Shown here: piece by piece, positions 41,601 through 54,655 of the stretch | Layout: every line of letters starts with the position of its first letter | Position numbering within the stretch: position 1 is the stretch's first letter | Source: the human T2T-CHM13v2.0 reference genome, Homo sapiens | Assembly: GCF_009914755.1 (NCBI RefSeq) | Contig: NC_060942.1 | Strand: one strand, 5' to 3' | DNA: 64,000 nt | The notes under the pieces: generated by a model | What the model saw: only the letters and a program-made list of their open reading frames with translations | What the model was told of the DNA's origin: nothing | The model's database searches: none | Translations under genes and position numbers: made by a program

Positions 41601-43049
41601 TTGACCAATTATTAAAAAGAAAGAACTGTTCTGTGTATCTTTGAAAGAGATTTTTTGGTATCTTTAAAACTTGAAAGAATATGTGGTGGGCTGCATTTAA
41701 GTCTTTAAACTGACAGCTCCAACTTGAAACTTCAGTATTCTTAATATAATGTCCTATGCCCTCAAGATGTTAAACACAAAAGGACCTTCATGTACTTTCA
41801 ACTGTGAGGTCTCTCTCAGCATACCTATATACCTTCACTTCCTCCCTCTTTTTACTAACCTACAAATGCCACAACCTTTCCTTTTCCCATATAAAAGGAT
41901 ATCAAACAAATTGCACTTCTTGATATATGTTGGTCCCTTCACTCAGGAAAAACGACATGGCTATTTTATTAGACGGGAGGTCTCAAGAGCTCCTGAACCC
42001 CACAGACAGTCTCATAAATTACCAAGAGCCACACCACTAGAACAACAATAAACTTGAAATGGGTTAAGTGATTTTGATCCTGGCTTGTCCCTCCCCCTCC
42101 GCCATCTCTCTGTGGAAAGTCCTGTAACCATATAGCTCTGTGGATGTGTAATCATTGATACCTGGATACCTAATACCCAAATGTAAGAACAACATCACAC
42201 CTGACCTTGGTCTAAAATCAGCAAATTAGTTACATCTTTGGATAATATTCCCTAGAAGAAATTGATAGTAACTATCTATGGATTTACATGTCCCTATAAA
42301 TACATTTCACTACTTGAAGTTATTCATGTGTTTTACCTCTACAATGATGGCATTGTGTCTAAAAATATGTAACCTTTTCAATTTTTATGTATAATAGTGT
42401 TTTCTTTTATTTGACTTCAATGTATACCTTTAAGAAATGACCTCTGGTATGAGTATTCTGTATTGATCTAGTTGAGATCGATCAAGAAGACAGCTGGAAT
42501 CAGATCAGCAATGTTGCAGTCCAGTGTGCCTGCTGGGTACAACTGCAACTCCAACTTAAAGAGCAAGAACAGGATTTGAAGAAGAAAAGCTCACCTGGGA
42601 ATGCTGAGGACTTCCACTTCCTCTCTTTGGCTCACCCCCTGAATATGAGAGATGTGTCTGCATTCAGACCTTAACTACACATGCAGCACAAGACAGCCCT
42701 GTGAAATAGGCAGTGATCATAAGACCTCTAAATTGTAATTTTGTCCTCAAATTTGTGGCTCTCTACCACTGCATTCATTTCCAGCCACAACAGCGTAACA
42801 GAGTTCGTTTGGAAAAGGATGGCCATTTGGTTTGCTAGCAAACACATGAGCCACGCCATAGGACGTGTGCTAACCTTTCAGATGCTTCTTTTCACTCTTC
42901 ACCTTCCTAAAGCTCAAAACTCACAGCAGAAAGTCACTTTATGCAGGAACATCCTCCTTTTCCTCTATGTCCTGAAAAGGATAATTTGGTAAGATGGCAT
43001 TTATTGAAAATGAGTGATGCAAATGCAAAAAAATTGAAAATAATAAGTT

Positions 43050-43260
43050 TTGAAAAGAATTGGGTCTGAATGTGAGTACCAATTCTACCTTGGTGTTGCT
43101 GAGCAAGTACATCAATCTCTCTGAGCTTCTGATTCCTCATCTGAAAAACTGGAGAGACTAATAATACCTACAATGGTGGGCGGTTGTGAGAATGGAATGG
43201 ATAATGCATGCAAAGTGCTTCCTCACCCTATGCAAGCACAAAGTAGATCCTCACAAGTGT
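43050..43260 (+). mobile_element. MIR
   Basis: CTCTCTGAGCTTCTGATTCCTCATCTGAAAAACTGGAGA..TAATAATACCTAC..GTTGTGAGAAT..GATAATGCATGCAAAGTGCTT. Confidence 0.75.
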
Positions 43261-45827
43261 CTTCCCAATTTTGTTTCACCCACTTCTTCCCCTAGCAGAA
43301 GTAGTAACTCAGGCCAGGCAAATTACTAACAGGCTGAATTTATATTTCAATCTGTGTATTATGTAGCAGAAGGTGGGTTATTACACCAAACTTTTTTGAA
43401 ATAGTTAAGACTTTTCCTTAGCAGATGAAACAAGGTCTCTGCGGAGCTTTCCCACACAACATTTTTGCAAGTTATTCATCCATCATTTATTGAATAGTTA
43501 TTATGTCTAAGTACATCATTAAAAATACAAAGATGAATAAGACTCAAGTTCTCACTCATCAAAAGACTTACATACAGCCTCTTATTTCAAATTTGCTAAA
43601 GAATTTCATGACCTGTTTGTTGCACCAGGGGTAGATAACAAAAAAACTTGGGAAAAAATGCATATGCCCAGTTTTATTTGAAATCTCAAGCACAATTCAC
43701 TTTGTGAACTATTTAAACCAAACTTTACCAAAATCAACCTGATCCTCAGTCTTGACTCTTATAGGAGGAGATATTGAATTCGAGCCCATGTCAAACTAAT
43801 GAATCCATTACTCTGTTCCTAATTTTGGATCTCATAAGCCTGAGCTTTGGGAAAATTAAATGATTATATCTATATTCAAGTTTGGAGTTAAGAAAATAGA
43901 CAAAAGAACAAGGAGAGAGCTTTGAGGCAGCCAGGGAAATAATGAGGAGCAAATGCCAAGTAACAGTCACGAAATTAAAAGAAAATGTTCTTTCATGAAT
44001 GTGACAATGGGATCATTTGGGTTTGCAATATCTTTTTTTTAAATGCAATAATTTGGTGAAGATGAAGTCACAGGGCTTTGAGGGGAGCATGGTGGCCTGC
44101 AGGAAAGCATAGATGGCTGGAACCAAGCTCAGCAAAGGCCCAGCCCCACGCAGCCACTTCTCTGAAAGGCCGCAATCACCTCGCACCAAGGCCAGTCAGA
44201 CTTGTCAGGGAGACGAGCGGGAAGCAGCTGGAGGAGCTGAGATTAATGAGGAAGCACAAAATGAAAAAGAGCAACAACTGGAAACCCTTGTGGTGACATC
44301 AGGAACAGAGCCAGAGAAGACAACCTTGTTATCACATCTGCTCCATCATTATAATTAAATGGTAATGCGCCTCTCTTGTTGGGTTACCAGGGTGGAATTC
44401 CAAGTGAGGGAGCCCCTCACCACTCACCCGGGCCCCCAGCCACTGCCTTTCTCGTTGAAGCTGAGGAATCATTCCAGGGCGCTAATAGGCTGGGTGTCTG
44501 GAGCAAGTGTTAATTTTGGATTACATCTGAGTGGAAATAAGATGAAGGTCTGGGGAATGCTTTGCCTTCACTCAGATGTTTCATTTCCATTTACTAGCAT
44601 TGCAGGATACCCAGGGAAATGTTTTTATTCCAATTTAGAAGATTTCATAAGCCTTCAAATTTTCAGGTATTGATCCAAGCTCTTGAGCTTTGGAAGTGCA
44701 CAGACATGCTCTGTGGAGGAAGAGGGTAGGTGTCAGAAAGCCCATCTGAGAAGAGCTGCCCACTCTCAGGTGGGCACACCTCCCTTCTCATGCCAAAATT
44801 CGCCCTGCATGACCCGGAGGCCCATCAGAGGCACTCAGAACCATTAGCTCTGACTGGCTCTGTGCTGAGTAAATACTCTCATGTCCTAGTAGAAACTAGG
44901 GCAGCTGCTGGGCTTTTTTTTTTCCTTCCTTCCTTTCTTTCTCTTTCTTTCTTTCAAAATCAGCAAAGCATAGTTCTTAACCCCAAATGACTCAAATGTG
45001 CCTCTTAATAAGTATACTGGTTTCTGTACTCTGCTAGTAGGGGTTAGCATTAATTTGGCTACACTCTCAGTTCTTTTTCATTTGGTTTTGAATATCTCCA
45101 GTTTTTATTTGATTTTGGACAGACTCATTTGCAGGGAGGATGCCAATAATCAGATTTTCACCATTAAAGGTAAGCTATCTGTACCTGCAGGAAAAGGCCA
45201 CTGTCTATCATCTTTGGAATCTGTGAGCTAAATAGCTGTTGTTTGTGAAGCCTCCCAAAGGAGGTTTTGAAAAACAAAGCACTTCACTCAATGAGAGCAG
45301 GGAGGTTATGGAGTGACGCTGTGCTCATGCATTATTCAGCTCAGCCTCCACCAGTGAGTATCTGGTTATCATAATGCCCCAGTACCTGGGTATTACATGC
45401 TATATCCTCACGGCAAGAAACAGATATAACTGAGCCTAAAAGGGATTTAATTAAGAAATAATATTCGTGTTTTCCTTTAAATTTAGGGTTAATAGTTTAG
45501 TGAATTAGAGAATAGAAAATCTATTGAAGAAGTTTCCCTTTTGATGAAAAATTATCCTGACACCTTGGCGAGATTTATTTACTGTCACAAAACAATGACA
45601 CACCAAGTGACACAACCATGGGGTGCCTTACCTGTTTAGTTTCTACCTAGCATTTAGACCTGCTGTACTAGAAAAGATGTGTTAAAATTAAGGCCACCTA
45701 GACAAGAGTTAGGAACACACTGAGTGCTCAAAAAATACTGATTGTGTTGAAATTTGGGTGGACCCAATGTAGGTTCTTTGATTCCCTCTACACTTCTTCC
45801 CCTACTTTTATACCAATGTCCTTTTCA

Positions 45828-46196
<369 letters not shown>

Positions 46197-47041
46197 TCAC
46201 TGGCAGAAACCATTCTAGATGCTCACCAGTCCCATTTCCTTTTCCTGGACACATTGTTAAACTGTATTCCCCAGTCCCATTGTGTCTCAGTAAAGCAGAG
46301 GTGTGTAAGGAGAACTGATGGGTCACTTCCAGCTGAAGTAGCTGAGAACAGGTGGTCCTTCTCTCCTCCTTCAGTGGAGAGCTGAAAGATCACAGGTTGA
46401 AGTTGACAATGACAAAAGATGGTAGAGTCCTGAGTTCCTGACTGACCACATAGAGCAGAGCCTTGTACCTCACCTCCCCATGCCAATCAAGAATAAGGAA
46501 TAAACTTTTCACGTTAAGCTACTGAGAACCACGAGATTTTGTTACAACCGCTAGCATTGATTACCCTGTATGGAGTAATCCATTGAAATGGAGTGCTGTT
46601 ATAACCAAACCAAAAATGTGTGCATCGGCTTAGCAGTCAGGTAGCAGATGATAGTGAAGCTGCTACCAGAGGCTGGAAAGGTGGCAATTCATGTTATGCA
46701 GCATCAACAGATGCAATAACCTGGAAGGAAGATCTTATTATACCTCCTGAGCCTGTGGCTCTAAGGGAAATGGTTGGAAAGAGAGTAGGGTATTGGAATG
46801 TGTTTGCAGTTATTGCTAAATTTGGCTAGCATTATAATAAGTGGATGAGTTCAAGAGAAAACTGACCAGCTTATGAAAATAAAGAAAAGGTAATAGAGTC
46901 CAGCAATATAGGGTTTTGAAATGTTACAAAAATTAACATCTTCTACGCCCCAAGGGGCAGGATTAAAAAAAAAAAAAAAAAACTAAGCCTTTGAACAACA
47001 GAATGTCACTAAAATTCAGCTTTGTGGGATGAGATTAAAAG

Positions 47042-47415
47042 TAAAAAAGAAAGGAGTCCTGCAATATGCAACAACATGGATGAACCTGGAGGACATTATG
47101 CTCAGCGAAATAAGTCAGTCACAGAACAATAAATACTGCACGATTCCACTTATAGGAAGAGTCTAAAATAGGCCCACTCAAAGAAGCAAAGAATAGATTT
47201 GTGGTTATCAAGGGATGGAGTGGGAAGGGGAAAATGAGATTGCTAATCAACGAGTATAAAATTTCAGTTATGCAAGACAAATAAGTTGTAGAGATCTGCA
47301 GTACAACACTGAACCTATAGATAACAATATTGTATGCTTAAAAATTTGTTAAGAGAGTAGATCTCATATTACGTGTTGTTATCACAATAAAATTAAAAAT
47401 AAATAAATAAATAAA
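47042..47415 (+). mobile_element. L1MA/L1MB 3' end
   Basis: CAACAACATGGATGAACCTGGAGGACATTATGCTCAG...TTGTTAAGAGAGTAGATCTC...CACAATAAAA + (AAAT)n tail. Confidence 0.85.
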
Positions 47416-48566
47416 ACCAAATAACTTCAAGGTGGCTGTCATTAAACCAAAAGCGGGAGACATGACTTGAAAGAAATAAAAAATAAATAAATAAAAGCAC
47501 ATTTGGGCTATATCTAGGAAAGAACCTTGGGCACCGCAGTTACCAGCCTGTGGAACAACTGACTTTAGGCAAATAGATCAGAAGCCTACTAGGTTTTCAA
47601 GGAAATTGTATTGCTACAGAAACTATAAACCAGTCAATCCCATGACTATTAAACATTTAAAGCAATCCTTATGACCCCAACCTTCCAAATGGGCTCGAAA
47701 GTTCCACGGCCCTAAGAAGGACATATTTCCTGATGTCTTATTTCAAATGTGGCAGGGAGAATAATAAGAGGTGCTCTGTCCAGCGGGTGGTGCTAGGAAC
47801 CATGAAGATACATGAATAAAGAAAACACTCTCAGAGGGCAGGACCGTAGAGTCTTATCAAGGGACTTCCCCACTGCCAGAGCAGACAGTTCCACATACTA
47901 GGCCTAGAGAATTTTAGTTTACTATGGGGCAGTGACATCTGTGTGTTTTCTACTTCATTCTTTCTCCAAAAAGGAGTTTTAATTAACATACTTCTGTTCT
48001 TTTTCCATCACTGTGTATTGATCTGATGTAGGTGGCATGCAGATATTGTTTCTTTTCACGCACAGCCAAAGAAAAGCCCTATCAATACTGAGTGGGCTTA
48101 ACTAGGCAACCAGTTCTGGTTGCAATAATTGTACGGGGCTTGGAATTGCCTTCCTTAAGAAGAGGTATCATAAAAACAAGGGCACACGACCAACCAGACC
48201 CTACAAGTAATTGCACCCTGAAATTGGCAAAAACTCCTAGAGACAGAGGCAGTAGGAGTGGTAGGTAGTGTAGCCTCTTCATTCTAGGACAATGCACAGA
48301 CATTTAGCAGGACCATAAATCAGACACTGGGAAACACAAGATTCTTTCCAGCATGATCAGGAGACAGCAAACAATTGCAGTATGATATGGCAGATACTTG
48401 GCCACAGCCCTTTCCTGCCAGCTTGACATTCATTGTTGAAAAACATTGGCTCCTTTTTTGGGGTGATTGGGGTACTGGGTTTCTAGCCTTGGAGTTTTAA
48501 CAAGATTAATTCCCCTAAGTCTTCAGAGGTTTTTGAGAGGCCAAGTTTTTTTGTGGGGGAACACAA

Positions 48567-49024
48567 TGTTGTGGGTTGAACTGTATCCCCCAAAAGATAT
48601 GTTCAAGTCGTTAAGAGGGTAGATCTAGTATCTGTAAATGTAATCTTATTTGGTAATAGTCTTCACAGATGCAATCAAACTATGATAAGGTCATAGTGGA
48701 TTAGGGTGGGTCCTAATACAATGACTGGTGTTCTTAGAAGAAGAAGAAAATCTGGACACAGAGACAGGGGAGAAGGCCAAATATAGATGAAAGCAGAGTT
48801 TACAGTGATACTTTTGTAAGCTAAGTAATGCCAAGGATTGTCAGCGACCATCAGAAGCTATAAGAGGCAAAGGATTCTTTCCTAGGGCTTTCAGAGGAAG
48901 CATAGTCCTGCCAGCACCTTGATTTCAGGCTTCTAGCCTCCAAAACTGTGAAAGACTACATTATATCATTGTAAGCCACACAATTTGTGATATTTTGTTA
49001 TGGTAGCCACAGAAAACTAATATA
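48567..49024 (+). mobile_element. MLT1B/C solo LTR
   Basis: TGTTGTGGGTTGAACTGTATCCCCCAAAAGATATGTT...GGATTAGGGTGGGTCCTAAT...GCCACAGAAAACTAATATA. Confidence 0.85.
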
Positions 49025-49499
49025 GTCAGCCAGCAAGTGATTTGTCTTAGACAGATTACTCCTCCCCCTTAAGACAGAATATATTTTAGTGTAGGAGAGG
49101 GTGAGACAGCTGGGCAGACAGGTTACCAGAGGTCAGTCTCTGTCGGGGACAATGCTATATTTCTGTTTACTGCTGAGCACACAGCTAGACTACACTTCCC
49201 AATCTCCCCTAACATTATGTGGTCATATAATTAATTCATGGTAAAAGGAAAATGGGAGGAAATAGTGTTACCACCTCCAAGCTTGATAGGCCAAAGAGGC
49301 CATAATCTCCCATGCTCTCTTTTGTCCTCAGCCTTGCAGCAGGATGTTAACACCCTATATTACCTAAGGAGCAACACACTGAAAACGGCTTCTATTAACC
49401 TGGATCCTTGAATGATTGCAAGCATCAGAGCCCCATTGTGCATCATACTCACCACATTGAACTGAGACATGAATGAGAAATAAACTTCATAGTTTGGCC

Positions 49500-49714
49500 T
49501 AGTGGTGTGTTGAAGACAATCTTACCAGCTCAGACAAGACAATTGTTAGCCTCTCTTCTCAACTCTACATTCAGTGACATGACATTGTTAACTTAAATCT
49601 TAAAATCAGCCATAGGGGAAGTATTCACACCATAAAAATCAGCAAATGTTACAAGTCAAGTGTTTTTTCTCCCATTCATTAGAATAGTTAGTTGTTAAAT
49701 ACCACCACACAACT
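49500..49714 (+). mobile_element. MER63A-like MITE nested in MLT1 LTR
   Basis: AGTGGTGTG start, TTCAGTGAC, GTATTCACACCA..AAATCAGCAAATGTTACAA, GTTGTTAAA..CACACAACTG end; paralogous to 8359-8551. Confidence 0.7.
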
Positions 49715-50254
49715 GGTTAAGCCGTGCGAAAATAAAGGTGTCTGTTACAACAGCTAGCATCAATCACATGAATTAATAAAACTCTAATTATTTTAACTCT
49801 AGCAAGACGGCTTTGGCATCATTGTGGCATCCTCCCATTTGGTCCGGTCAACATTCACATGTCCTAAACTTCTCTCATCCAACCAGTCTCTACTGAGTAT
49901 TTCCTACGAAAAGAAACTGTCCTAGGTGCTAGGAAATCAGCAGTGAAGGAGCTGGTCGTTATCTGCAAAATACATTATCTTGGACAAGGCAGGAAAGTGG
50001 AAACAAGAAGCTAAAGAAATATTTATTAAATTTTGATTATGAAGAAGCAAATCAGAGTGATATGAGAAACATACCAGATGAGGACTTTACTTAAGAACCT
50101 ATCCCATTGAACAACAGCATAGTTGTTCATGAAATGTTCTTAAAGAAATTCATTGCATTGTTGTTTTTAACAGTGAAAGAAATTGCAAACAACTTAAATG
50201 GTCATCAGTGGTGAGTAGGTTAGTTAATTTGTGATGCACCCATATTTAGGCTGT

Positions 50255-50970
50255 TATTTCAACAATTGAATGCCTACTGTGTGCCAATAATTGTGCTAGT
50301 CACGTGGAATGCCAGAAACACATGGTCCTTGCACATATAGAACCTAAATTCTACTGAAACAAGGAGAAAACAATTATCAGTTGAATAAATAAATGCCAAA
50401 TATAATCAATTTTATAAAGAAACTGAGAGAATAATGACAGTGTGGTTTGATATATCTAAATCAAGTGGTAAATATACCTTTCAGAGACAATGGGTAATAC
50501 ATGAGCAGAGAAAGAAACTAGCAATGAATTAAGTATCAGAAGATAACATGTGGAAAGCCAAGAGGAAAGCAAGAACTTCTCAGACTTTAGGAAATTGCAA
50601 GGCCAGAGTGGCTTGGGCAGAGTGAAAAAATGGGAGTATGATAAAAGCTGAAGTCTGAAAGACAGGCAGGGCTGGGTCATCCATGACTAGGGACCCTTTA
50701 ATGAGGATTTTGGATTTTACCCTAGGTGCCATGGGGAGCTCCATACAGGTCTTCAGCAAGGAAATGACATAATTAGATTTAAATTTAAATTTAAAAGAAG
50801 GATTCTGACCACTGGTGGGGAACACATTGGAGAGGACCACGGTATAAGTGAGAGACTGATTAGGAGGTTACTGTAAAAGCTGAGGTGAAAGGTGCTGGTT
50901 ACCCAACCTTGGATAAGGCACCAGAGAAGGAGAGAAGGAGACAGGTGTGAGATGCATTTTGAAGTCAGAA
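50255..50970 (-). mobile_element. L2 LINE fragment
   Basis: TTGAATGCCTACTGTGTGCCA..TGTGCTAG, GAGGATTTTGGATTTTACCCTAGGTGCCATGGGGAGC, TAGGAGGTTACTG, GAGATGCATTTTGAAG. Confidence 0.7.
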
Positions 50971-51129
50971 TCAGTACTCATCCCACTTGATTCTCTTACT
51001 TGCTTACAATTCTACATTCACTGCTGGAGGTAACTTTTAGGGATGCAAGAACCATGTTAGTAGGACTCAATAGGCATCCTCGGTGGGTGGCGCGAAAGCT
51101 ACTCTGATGAGCAATCAAAATTAAACCTA

Positions 51130-51340
51130 CCAAGGGACTGATATTGTTTTATTGCCTGCTATGTTTCAGGGATTTTAAATATGTCAGTTCTAACTAATGA
51201 ACAGAGCCAAAGATCAGTACTAACATTCCCATATTGAAGATGAGAAAACTGAGACTCAGTAAGCCTAATTTGTTCAGAGTCACACAACTACTAAGTAGTG
51301 AAGCTAAGATTCAGCCCAGGGTCACCTAACCCCACGTGTT
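51130..51340 (-). mobile_element. MIR
   Basis: CCCATATTGAAGATGAGAAAACTGAGACTCAG..TTGTTCAGAGTCACACAACTACTAAGT. Confidence 0.7.
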
Positions 51341-54300
51341 TTTATATTATAGTATCACCCTCTTTACAAAGAGCTTTCATTTTAATCAAGACTAGAAGGG
51401 CACAAATCAACCTAAGCAAGAAAGTTTACAAGAGAGATATATATCAACAAGTGGCAAAACAATGAGAGGAATATTATTAACCTAAGTATACAAATGCACT
51501 TTTTAAAATGTTATGAAAGTTCCTTTTCTTTTTACAATAAATGTGATTATACATAAAAACATTCTATACATGTTGACTATTATTCCAATTTTAACAATAA
51601 TGAGATTAGAGAACACTATCAACATTAACTATTCAGACTAGTTAGCAATTAACAAAATACTTCTCTTTCTTTTTTTTTCCACTCCATTCAAAACACATAG
51701 CACATCATCAAAAAAAAAAATGTAACTATCTAACTATCTGGGTTGTCTGCTAGGGCAGGTCCTGATTCATTAGCGGATGCACATGTACCCAGTAGCCTCT
51801 CACCCTGAAGTAATGAGCCATGTATCATCTAGATGTGAATGTAAACACATCTGTGACTGTCCAACCTGGGAACTACCCAGTGCAGTTCTAACTCCATTTC
51901 TTAACTATGCTTTCCTTCTCCTAGTAGACAGAGGATGCAGCAGCAGTAGCAGCTGGGCACTAGATTTAAAATCTAGGATTCCTCAAACTTTGCAGATTTT
52001 CTTTTCTTCTCAAGGGTTCTGAGAGCTACAGACCACCTCCTGAGTGTTCACACCTAAGGTGTCTGAAATGTACACATATTTTGGCAAAGTAGAATCAGCC
52101 TGAGCTTCAGAGAACTGATGCCAGATAATTTTTTGAGTGTTCACAAGATGCTAGGCACTCTTCTAAACGTGTTACTTGGGTTGTTTTATTTAATTATCAC
52201 AACAACTCAATGCAGTGAGTGCTATTAGTAACTTTATTTTACAAATAAAGAAATGAAGGTTAGACAGGTGGGCCACTTTTCTAAGCTTCACGGCTAATGT
52301 CAGGTGCTACCCAAGATGATCTCCGGATGTACCATGTAACCCAGTAGTCCTCCTCCTTATCTTGGCTCTAGAAGCTCCATGTATTCCATCTCCTGCTTCT
52401 CCCCCCCTCCTCTCATGACAATGCCTTTCCTTCCCCAGTGCCTAAAATTTTCTATACCTCTAGAAAGCTAAAATTAGCTCTATAAAGTTTTATTAAGTAC
52501 CATCTTTAGATTGCTTTATGGAAGTAGGCTTTATTAGCCCTTCTTTCCTAAATTATTATAGATTTTTTTTCCAGAGACTATTTCTTAGAAGGACAGCAAT
52601 AGCATCCACAGCCCACTATGTTAATAATAAACACATAATATTAGTATCAATCAGCCTTAGTATCAATCAGCCAGTATTTACCATAACCCGTGGCAAACAC
52701 TACTCATAGTCACAGGAGAAATCCACCAGGAAAATCAGGAATGGGTCACACATAAAAACACAAAGTAAATAACAATGGAAAGAAATACACAATCAAGTAC
52801 ATTTTTAGGAGAATATTTTGAGAGATTAGTATTTGTGCAAATTGTTCTGGAAAAAAATTTATAACAAATCAGCATTGTATTAATAATACTATAAATTCAA
52901 CAGGCTGGGGCTTAAGGATGAAGGAAAGGTTATAAGGAATATTCAGTCAATCAGGGGAGATTTCCAGATCTTCTTTAAGTAACACTGTAAACACGATATG
53001 TCTTTCCAAATGTACAGCAGTATTCACTCTGTGTGGTGTTGGAGGAGATAATTGGATAGAGTTTCAAGCTTCCCTAAAATTTATTATTTATTTTAATCCC
53101 AGGTGCCTTTGAAGAACATACAGGTAAAGAAAAAGTATTTTATATATAGTTGCTCACAAAACACCTTTGATGATTCCTTCCAAATGCAAGATACTTTGTG
53201 AAACATCTTTCAAACCCAAACCTGTCCCAGTTTCCCAAATTACTCAGGAATGATTCTTTTGTTGGCTCTTTCTTGATCATGTACATTAAACACAAAAAGA
53301 TAAAGCATGCTCTCTAGCATTGCATAATGGATATTCTATTTCTAAGGCGCTTCAGTTACATGATTTTAACATCTGTGTAATTAAACCAAAGTGCTATTCT
53401 CCATTAACAGGTTTTCCTTTAGTCTCTTGGATGTAATATCTTCATGGACAGGAAAGTGTTTCTCCTCTTTGAGTAGCTATATTTATGCCCATTAATCCAG
53501 GGTAACTGCTGTGTGGTCTTTAATGAAGAAGTCCATCCACGAGGCGGTGAAGCCGAGGGGAAACGTCGAGGTTGCCCATCAACCCCTGTTGAGAACTGCA
53601 AAGTAATAACGCTTTCTGGGGAGAGACTGACAGCAAATAGCAAAGGTGTGAAATGAGAGATGAGATTTTCTTTGGAGCTTGTCCAGATTTTGATACTCTT
53701 ATAACCTGCCTCTCTCCCCTACCAGTTTTTCCCCATCTGTAGACACTGGTCTGGCCAGCAGTCAATGTTATTCCCCAAGAGCATGCCTGATGATTAAACA
53801 CCTGTGGCATATGGAACCTCCAGAGTTTCTGCCACATTTGTCTGAAATTTCCTTTCAGCCATGGCAGAAAATTAAAGTCTAAATTTTGATACTAACAAAA
53901 TGATCCACCATGATTATAGGAAGCATAATATTACATTTTGATCAGCCTGCTACCCACTCCTTCTGATACCTGTGGTTTTTATTGGAAAATTACTGCATTC
54001 AAGATACACTTCTTCACTAATTAATGGCTTTGAGGCAGCTGAAAAAATAGAGATATGACTTCTGAGAAATGGTAGAGCATACAGTTCAGAGAGTTATTGT
54101 CCCCAATCTTATCAATAACCAAACTAGTTATTAAGCAAGGGAGGGATTTGATTGCAAAGATCTTGCACACACCTATAATGCATTTTCTTGTTTTGGTGAA
54201 GGAGAAGTAGTGTTCAACTTTTTTGTCCCTTGAGATGAATAATGCTGTGTGAATTCTGGAATGGAAAAAAGGATCAGAACGTTATCTATTCCATGCCAGA

Positions 54301-54655
54301 TCATTTTCAGGATTGAAGCTTGTAGCCTTCACTCTGTGAATAAGCTCTGGGAAATGGCTTATTACAAATTTTCTCAAAGAATTTTGCATAGAATGCTAAT
54401 CTCTCAAAACAGTCTGTTAAAAAAAAAGTCTATGGGAAATAACTTTGAGAAATGCGGGGATTTGCACAGAATTTTTGTATGTGAAATACAGAAAATTGAG
54501 AAGTTCAATGTGTTTAAGCTGCCTTTTCAAACTTATTTGACCCCCAGGGGAATATATGGAAATTATTGCCTAAGTAATACCTTTGTAAAATCTTGCCTCA
54601 GAATCTATTAGACTTGGTACTAGAATTTGTTTTCTGATAAAGCTAAATATTTGTA

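Larger units (their letters stand above)
46200..49780 (+). mobile_element. Ancient MLT1 (I/J-like) MaLR provirus-like element: LTR ~46200-46570, internal region, LTR ~49140-49780
   Basis: Two similar LTR-like units ending AATAAACTT...GTTAAGC...TGTTACAAC(C/A)GCTAGCAT; MLT1-int-like start TGGAGTGCTGTTATAAC; purine-rich tract before second LTR. Confidence 0.6.

Noticed and set aside
44050-44520. GC-richer segment with several short overlapping ORFs
   Set aside because: No identifiable protein or clear splice structure; may be regulatory but I cannot support that from sequence alone
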